Assembly: GCA_963602035.1 (NCBI GenBank)
Contig: CAVCHC010000003.1
Coordinates: forward strand, 1 to 54,191
Source: Acutalibacteraceae bacterium
Lineage (GTDB): Bacteria; Bacillota; Clostridia; Christensenellales; UBA1242
Length of the DNA: 54,191 nt
Direction: 5' to 3'
This document shows positions 42,101-51,100 of the stretch, piece by piece; the stretch's first letter is position 1, and each line of letters starts with the position of its first letter. The notes under the pieces were generated by a model, which searched no databases, was not told the origin of the DNA, and worked only from the letters and a program-made list of their open reading frames with translations. The position numbers and the translations under genes were made by a program.

Positions 42101-45100
42101 TTGCATCACTAACGCGCACAACCTTAGCATTAACACTTGAAAGCACGGTGCCCGTTTCGCTGTAATCGGTTGACGCCTTTAAGATAACCGTTATGGTTTT
42201 TAAAACGCGAAGTTCAACAACGGTGTTTTCGTTAAGTTCGATTTCAATCGCGCCGTCATCGTCTGCCTCAACCTTAACGTTGTTGACGTACCAGCCGATA
42301 AGTTTGTATGGGTTGGTGCCCGCGTTAAAGGTAAGCTTAATCTTTGTTCCCTTTGCGAAAATGTTTGACTCTTTTATGCTTGGGTCAGTGGTGTAAAGGA
42401 TAGGCGCGGTAAGTTTTGTGCCCGCCGTTGTTTGCATATAGTCACTAAATACCATTTGGTCAACGGTAAGCATAAAGCCCGGTTGGGTGTTGATTTTAAT
42501 AACCGAGTCCTCAGTCGCCTTGATTTGGTACGTGGCGGCCTTGGTTGTGTTGTTAACCTCAATCGCCTCGATAGGGATAAACGTTTCGTCGCTTAATCCC
42601 TTTTTTGAAACCTCTTTGATGATAAAGCCGTCATCAGGAGTAATCGTGTATGAAACAGGGAAGCCAACCAGCGCGTAATAGTAAGCGCCGCCATCGTAAT
42701 AGCCAAACACTTGGCTTAGATGCTCAGTGGTGTCTTGAATTTTGGCCTCACTTACGATTTCAATATTTTTCATATTGATAACTTCGGTGCCGTCTTCGTT
42801 AATAAAGTCTATCCTTGCGGTTTTAACAAAACGCGCTTGATAGGTGCCGATTTCGGTTACCTCAATGCTTAGGGCGGTTGAGATGATGTTGCCCTCAGCA
42901 TTTGCCCAGCCAACGAACGCGTACACGTCGCCAGCGGTCACAAGGTTAGTTCCGTCAACCGCTATCGTTTGATTGATAACAACAAAACGATTTTCAATGC
43001 TTAAAACAAAGTGGGTGGCGGTGTCGTAACGGCCTTCGTGGTGTTTGGTTGTAAGGCTGCCGTTAACGTTGGTGTTAGTTGGGTCTTCGCTTGTTTCGAT
43101 GTTTTTGTCAGCCGAAAGCGCTTCGTACTTAACGCCGCTGTATGTAATCTTGATAAGATTTTCAAACGTCCCGTCTTGGCCGCTTATTAGGTAAGACTCC
43201 ATCTTTGCATAAATGTCAGCCTGGGTTGCGCCCTCGCCAAGTTCACTTTCAGCCTTTTTATAAAGCATATCAAGAAGGGTCATAAACGTGCTGTCGTCAA
43301 TATTATCTCTATCAAGCGACCTTGCAAACGCGAACCCAACGCTAAACCGCTCTTGCTGTTTGATAATCGCGCGGAGGTGATAGGTTAAGTTCTCTTTGCT
43401 TAAAACGAACTTGCCATTAAGTTCGGACTTTGGGTCAGTTTCGGCGTATTCAAACTTAATCTCTTGCTCGGTTGGGAATTCGGCGTCTTCGTTTAGGCCT
43501 TTGCCTTCTTTGTAACTAATCGTGCTTGGAGTTTGGGCGTTGATGTACCAATGGTCGATGGCTTTTTCTTCGCTGCCTTCTTGAAGGCTGGTTTGAAGGT
43601 AAAGCGCTTGGTCGTCCGTTTTGGTGTTGTCAAAATAGCCATAGAACGCAAGGGTGGTGCCGCTGATTTCAACGAAGTAATACATCTGCGCGTCGGTTTT
43701 GGCTAGCCCAGTCGCGGTGCGAGGACGAATAACTTCGTCGGTGTCAGGGTCTCTTTCTTCTTCAACAACATAGCCAAGTTCGGCTAGGGCGGTTGCAAAC
43801 TCGCTGCTTGCGCGAATTTCAGTTTCGATGTCTGCGACCGTTTTGTATTGCTCTTGAAGTTGTTTTAAAACGGCGTTTTTAATCTGCGCGTTTTCGGCCT
43901 CGGTGAACGTATAGTCCGCCCCCGCCTTATTCTTTTCAAGGGTTTTAGCAATCGTGTCGTCAATCATCTTTTGAATTTTGTTTTTCATCAGCGCGCTTAC
44001 AAGCCACTCGTCTATAAAGCCTGTGCTGCGGCCATAAAAGTCATTAGCAAAACACAAAACGATGTCAGTCGTGTTAGCAATGTTATTAAGGTCAAGCGTT
44101 AAGGCTGGCTGTTTGCCAAGTTTTAAAACGTTGACAGTTTCAAAGAAAAGTTTAGAGTTAAAGTAAACGCGGTCATTCTCGCCAAAGGTGTAAGCGCCTT
44201 TAAGGCCAGTTACGTTTGAAAGCAAGAAGTGGTATGGTGAAAGTTCGCGCTCTTTGGTGTCTTCATTTTCAACGATATATCCCTCTACCTTGGTGTAAAG
44301 CAAGGTCACGCGCTGCGCCTTAGCAATAAGCGTTGTTGAAAGCGTGCTTGCGTCTTTTGTGGCCGTGCCGTCTGGGGTATAAGGCAAGGAAGCAAACAAA
44401 TTGTTGATTGAAACGGTTGCATAAATTATGCCAACAAGGTTAAGCGCGTCATAGGTTGAAAGAGGTTTTAAATTAGGGTTTTCTTCCGTCCCGACGTTAA
44501 TTAGGGTGGTTGACATATCCGTTACGCCAAGCGTGCTATTATGACTATATTTAATAATAGTATTATTATTATCATCAAATTCAACAACGTTTTTGCGGAT
44601 AAAGTCAGCAGGTAAGGTTGTTACCGCGTTATACACGCCATCTAACCTGTAACCGCCAACTGGGGTAAGGGTGTAGGTTGGGGTGGCGTCTACATAGAAC
44701 GCGCCCGTGATTGAAATTAGGTAACTGTAATCGTCTTTGTGCAAATTGTATTGCTCATAGAACGTTTCATAGATTTCTTGTTTGGTTTTGTTTTCGTCTA
44801 CTACCGCGCGCGTGCCATCCGCCTTTGAAAGCGCGATAAGAGAGTATCTAAGCGGCTGAGACATGCTGTCAACGCTTACGCTTGAATTAACGGTGAACTC
44901 AGTTGGGTCAAACTGGAAGTTAAGTGTTGCGTAGCGCTTAAACATCGCCGTTATAATCGTGTCTGCATTAGCAAGGGCAACGAATGGGTGCCTGTAAGAC
45001 GTGCTTACAAGTTCAAGGCTTGTCCACTCGCGATAGTCATAAAGTTGCTCGCTTGCGTCTTTCCCTTCAATTTTAACTGGCGTACCGTCAGCATAGAAAA

Positions 45101-48100
45101 GTTCAAGCGTTTGCTCGTCAATAAAGAAGATACGCTGAGTAAGAGGCGTGTTTTTGTCTTCTTTAACTGGGGTAGACTTGCCATCTTTGCCTTTTTTATA
45201 GATAGCGAAAGTGCCGTTTTCGCGCTTAACTAATTCATAATCGCTGTTTTCATTAAAGTTGATTACGTTAAGGCGAACGCCGTTTTTGTCAAAATATCTG
45301 TCATAAACATCGTGAATTCGCTTTTGTTGATACCAGCCCATAAAGTCATAGCCTTCGTTAGGGCTTTGATTAGCAAGACCTTCAAACAACAACAAGGTGT
45401 TTTCAGCAAGCAAGAAGTCTCGGTATGCGTATTTAGGAAGGCCAGCCACGTTGGTTTGATAGTCAGGGTCACGGTCAATGTATTTGCGCGTGAACTGAAT
45501 GCCGCCAACGCTAGTAGTAACGGAGCCGTTGTAATAAAGCCCGCCAAAGCCGTCAACATAATTCACGCCGCCCATATACGTGCGGTCATTAGTACCAACC
45601 GCGGTGTAGAAGATAAAGCTGTTATCGTCTGCGCTGGTGCCAAGTGGGTGCGCGTTTTCATCACTGTAAATGATGTTGCCGTCTTTATCATACCCGTCAA
45701 TGGTAATTGAGCTGATAGAGAAGTTAAACATCTCAATCGCGGTAAGGTTAATGAAGTTAACCGAACCGTCACCAACTGGCGCGTTAACAAACTTGGTAAT
45801 GCAAGGGTGCGTGTCTTGACTGTAATCATTGCGGTTGTTAAAGGCTGGGTCGTATTTAAAGTTTTTAAACTTTTCGTCTCTTGACCCGTCATTTGGGATA
45901 ACAAGGCTTGAAAGCGTGTCATAAATCTCGCCGATTTTATCTAGCCCGGCCGTTATCCATTCGTTTTTGGTTGAGTCAAAGAAGACTGAGGCCTTTAAGT
46001 CGTCAAGATATTCGTCAGGAAGACTGTCAAGATAGCCTTGGTTTAAGCGCACGCCCGCAAAACTAAATTCGCCGCCGCCCGCCTTTAAAATGTCTTCGAT
46101 TTCGATAAACAAATCAACAAGGCGCGTGTATGCTTTTCGCGAGTCAATAAGGTTGGCAACAAGACCAAAGTCGCCGCCTAAGTCGTGGTCAACCATCTCG
46201 TCAGTAAGTTGCCTTAATACGTTTGTAAAGTCAGCCGCCTTACCATCTTTTAACCTTATAGTGAATTGGTTTTCATCGGTGTTAAAGTCAAAATAATTGT
46301 TAAGGTTGATTGAAAGGGTGTTGGTTTTTGTAACCCCGTCCGCCAGGCGCCTGCCCGTGTAACTTATCTCGGTGTCAAAGAACTGGCCGTAGGTTGCGCT
46401 GTAATTGCCCATCAAAATGTCCCACACAACGCTGATTTCGCGCGTTGGATGAACGATGAGGTCAGCGTAATCGTTTTCAGGGTCACGGTTATACGTCACT
46501 TCAAGCAGATAATATAGGTAATCTGCGCGATAGTCCGTCGCAGCGCCCGTTTGGTTAGCACCGACTTGGCGTTTTGACGCGTTTTCAGTTATGTAATCTG
46601 CGGTAGGGAAGATGATAGGCTGAACGTTAAAGTCGCTTGGGATGCCAAGAGTGTGAAGTTGAAGAGGCGCACTTGCAAGCGTTTTAACAACCATCAAAAC
46701 GGTTGTTTCGGTGTCAAAATATAGGTCGGTTAGGGCAAAACTTTCATCGTCACCTTTAACCGCGCGTTTGCCCGCATTGCCCAGCGCGTCTACCAGGCCG
46801 TTGCCGCCGATTAAGCGGCTCCACGCATTGTCTTCGGCCGTTGGGGTAGAGTTAGTTTTGCTAAGCGCAACATAGCCCTTTGGCTGGTTAATAAGGTCGC
46901 GGATGGTGGCTGAATAAAAGCCCATATTTGGGTCGTCAAGGTCAAACAGTTTAAACAAACTGCTGTCTATGCTTGACGCGGTTATATCTTTGCCGACGTT
47001 TGCGATGTTGTCTGGGTCCATCTCGATAACGTTAAGGTTGTTATCAAGGCGGTTAGCCTGACTGTTGTCTTGCGCGTTGTAATAATAGATAGCCTCAACG
47101 GTTATGCCCTCAAACTCGCCATCCGTCATAATCATTGACTGATAAACTTCTTTGAACCTGGCCGTGAATTTAACGTTGCAGTGAAGCGAAAGGATAACAA
47201 GATTGTTGCCCTCAAAGCGGACGTTGCCTGAGTTAACGGCGCGGTAATAGTCAAACGTGCCATCGTCGCCCGTGTTGCCAAAGTCATACATCTTTTCGTT
47301 ATAGTTGCGCTTATAAACCTGAACGCTGTTTAAGAAATAGTACGCAAGGCCGTCGCCACTGGTTACCTTTGTAATAGCGTCAAAATGCGCCATTTCTTTA
47401 ACGATAACTTCTTCGTCGCCCGTGGTTGTGTTAAGTTTGTGAGTATACTTTTTGTCTACCGCGATGGTGTACGCACTGTCATAATAATAGGCGTCTTTGG
47501 CGGCTGAATAAAAGACTTCGATATAGTTTGGCGCAACTGATGTGCCCGTGTTGATATAAAGGCCGCGCACCGTGTAAAGCAGGCGAGCTGGAACAAGGTC
47601 ATCGTCGCTGTAACTAAACGACCCGTCAGCGTTTTTCGTGCGCTTGTAATAATAGTTGCCGTTATACTTGTATGCGCGGAGGATTTTGTCGCTCTCGTTG
47701 TATGTGCGGGTTTGTTCGCCGTAAAGTTCATAAAGCGAATTGCCAAACTCGTCATACCAGCCAAGCAGCCTGTAACCCTCGTCAGGCAATGCTGAAAGCA
47801 TTATATTTGACCCGCGGTCATAGTAGCCCGTTTTATACATTAGTCTTGTGTTAAGTTTGCCATCTTCGTCAAGGCCAAGTTCGCCCGCAATAAGGTCATT
47901 ATTAGAGTTATGGAAATACCCCGCAAACTCGCTTGAAATCTTGCCCGTTAAGATGTTAACGACGTTGATTTTAAAGTTGTTAAGCTTAGCTATTGGCGCG
48001 TCACGAAGCGTCAGTTCGTTAGCGGCCGACACGTCCTCAACAATATATAATTGGTTGTTAACCTCGGCCAGTTGATACTTGTACGCCGGCCCCATAATGT

Positions 48101-51100
48101 TAAGGTTTTCAATGCGGTTTTCGCAGGTGACGGTAAAGCCGATATAGTCATAAAGGCCTTCGCTTATAAAGTCTACCGTTACGTTAGTTGAAACGTTTGC
48201 AAAGAAGGTTGCAAAGTATTTAACGTTTTCGTGGGTCAGTTTAAACAGCCCCGACGTGTCTTTGTTTTCGATGGTTGAAAGGGTGTTTATAACTTCTTTA
48301 ACCTCGTTGCCGTCTTCGTCAATGTATGTCACAAGGTAGCCCGACTTGCCAATGCCAAACCCAGAAAGGTTTAAAACAGAGGTCAGTTTGTTAAGTTTTA
48401 AGGTAAACTCGCCATTTTCATATTTGGCTTCTTTAACATAAACGTAAGGGGTGAACTCGATGTTGTTATAGTAATAACCCAAGCGTCCGCCGATTTCGGT
48501 TTTAAGGTATTCAAGCGTAAACACGTCTTGATTGCCCGCATTTTTGATGTCTACCGACGCGCCGTCTTTGTAATAAACGATAACCGAGCCGCCCTGGTTT
48601 AATGGGCCGTTTTCAACCTCGGTTGACGTGTCTATGCTAAACACGCGTTGATAAACTGGCAAAATTACGTACCTGCCAGCGTTTTCTGGCAAAAATGCAA
48701 AGATGTTAGAGTTTTTATAGCCCGAGTCGGCCAGATACTGGTTTTCAGCATTGTCGTAATAGATAATGCCAGAGTTGTATCGCGAATAAACAACCCATTC
48801 TTTAAACCTGTAATAAACGTCGGCGCCCGCGTTAACGATAGGGTCAGCCACAAACATAACCTTTTCTTTGCCGAAAAGGAAATAGGTTTCTTTGGTGTCG
48901 TATGAGTCAAGAATAGGTATGCTTTCTTCGCGGGCATAGCCATAAAGGTCATCGCGCGTTACGTTTGCGCTTGTGCGATAGGCGCGCGTTACGCCCGAGA
49001 TGATAACCTCGTCATAGTTATAGTCGCTTGCAAGGTTAGAGATGTTGCCAAGCGTAAGCCCGTCAAGTTCGTTGCAGACGTCGTTTAAGTCAAGCTCGCC
49101 TGAGTTAAACAGGATGGTGCCCGTCTTTTTGTCAGTAGTGTAGCCGTGAATGTCAAAGTAACCAACGTTGGTTATTTCTTTTTTGCTTGTTTTCCAGATA
49201 TAGCAGTCTTCGTCTTTAAGCGGCTTAAAGTATGAAAACTTTCCATCGGCGCCCAAAACGTAAATATCCGTCATCTCTTGGGTTTTGATATATACGCGGT
49301 TAGAGTAGTGCCCGTTGGCGTCCATCTCGTCCGTCCAAAAAATATTGCCATCATCGTCAACGTAAATCTCGTTAACTTTAAGCGTAACGCCGTCTGCATA
49401 ATCAAACACAATATTGCCATCGGCGTCTTTGATAACAGCATACGCGTACCCGCCGCCGTCAAGCGCGGTAAGTTTAAACGCGTCGATTAGGCTCATATCC
49501 TTGCGTGACAGGGCGAAATACACGTTGTTTATATAGTCATTCGCGTCAATGTTTGCGATAGTGTCTTTGAATGAATAGGTTGAAAAATCATAGATAAGCG
49601 AAGATGAACTGTTACTTAGCTGCGTGCTCATAACTTCGGTATAGAACACCTTTTTAACGTCAAGCGACAGGTTGACCTCGGCCAGCTCGTTGATTTTGTG
49701 ACGAACTGAAAGATACAAAACTGGGTTAGGGTAAGGCGAACCCGAAAGCCAATAAGACCCCGGATACCCCTCACGTATTGCCTTTTCGCTTGAATAGTCA
49801 ATGTTGTAATAATAGCCGTTGATGTAGTCAAAGATATAGCAATTCGTGTCGTTATAGCTAAGCAGGCTTGAAAAACTTGGATAGATTATCGTTTCATCAG
49901 GGTTGCTGGTTGGAACGAATTTGCCCCAAACCATCACTTGCGTTTTTTGGTTGGTGTTTTTGTCAAGAATAAAGGCCTCGCGCTTGGTTATATAGGCCGT
50001 TGACGTGGTTTCGCATCTTAAATTGTGGCGCGTGTTGTGGTCGTCTAAGAAGTAATAGTGCGCCACCTTTTCAAGGTTGTTGGTTGTAACAACTTTTGCG
50101 TTATTTTCATCAGGAACGCCGTCTTTTAAAAGCGCAATTCTTAAAAAGACGCTTGTGTCGCCCGCGCCCTCGTTAACCGTAAACGTAGGGAAGATAAAGT
50201 ATTTATCGTCAACACCAGTGACCGTGTTGCCGTCAATAATCCAGTTGCCGTCATAGGTAACGTTGGTTGCGGCCTGGCCAGTTTTGCGCGAAATCGCAAT
50301 GTAGCCGATTTTAAGGGTAAGGCCATAACCGCTGTCGTTATTGATGGTTTTGTAAGTGCCCGTTTTAAAGAAGTTTTGGGCGGCACTGTCTTCGTCTTCA
50401 AACTTAAAGTCGCCAGTGGCAAGATTTGAAATAATTGAGTTGCTTCTAACAAATTTTGTGCCGTTAGCGTAATATAGTTCGCCGCCCGCGCCCAAGCCAA
50501 ATGAAAGGTTAAACAGGGCGGTAAGGTCGGTTCCGTTAGAGTCTGTGATTTTAAAGGTAAAGGTTGTTGGGTCAAAATATACCTTATAGATGGTGCCCGC
50601 AATTTCGATGGAGTTATAGATGCTGTCAGCCGTGTATTCAACTTGAACCTCAAAGTCGTCAGCATACTCGTCGCCCTCGCGGTGGCCATTAAAGTCCTCA
50701 GTGTAATAGAAGGTAAGCGTGCCCTCAGCCTCGCCGCGGGTTGAGTATTGACGAATTTGAACGCTTGTTTTAGTGACAGGGCGAACGTAATAGAAATAGT
50801 TTGAAACAATCTTCTCGCCAAGCAGGTTATAAAACTCTTGGTAAGCAGTTGGGTTGTTTAAAATGGTTTTGCCCAAAACGATTTCAGGGTTGCTTGTGTA
50901 GTTAAAGTCATAGAACCAAACGTTGCCGCCCGTTGTTGATTTGCCGATTGGGGCAGTGTAATAATAGGTGTCGGTGCCGTTTTTGGTAACTGACATTATG
51001 TCATAATAGAAATAAACTTGTTGGTTATTAGTTCCGTTGCCGAACGTCAGGTTGCTTTTGTATGCCGTTACGTTTGACGAAATGTCGCCATTTGTTGTGT

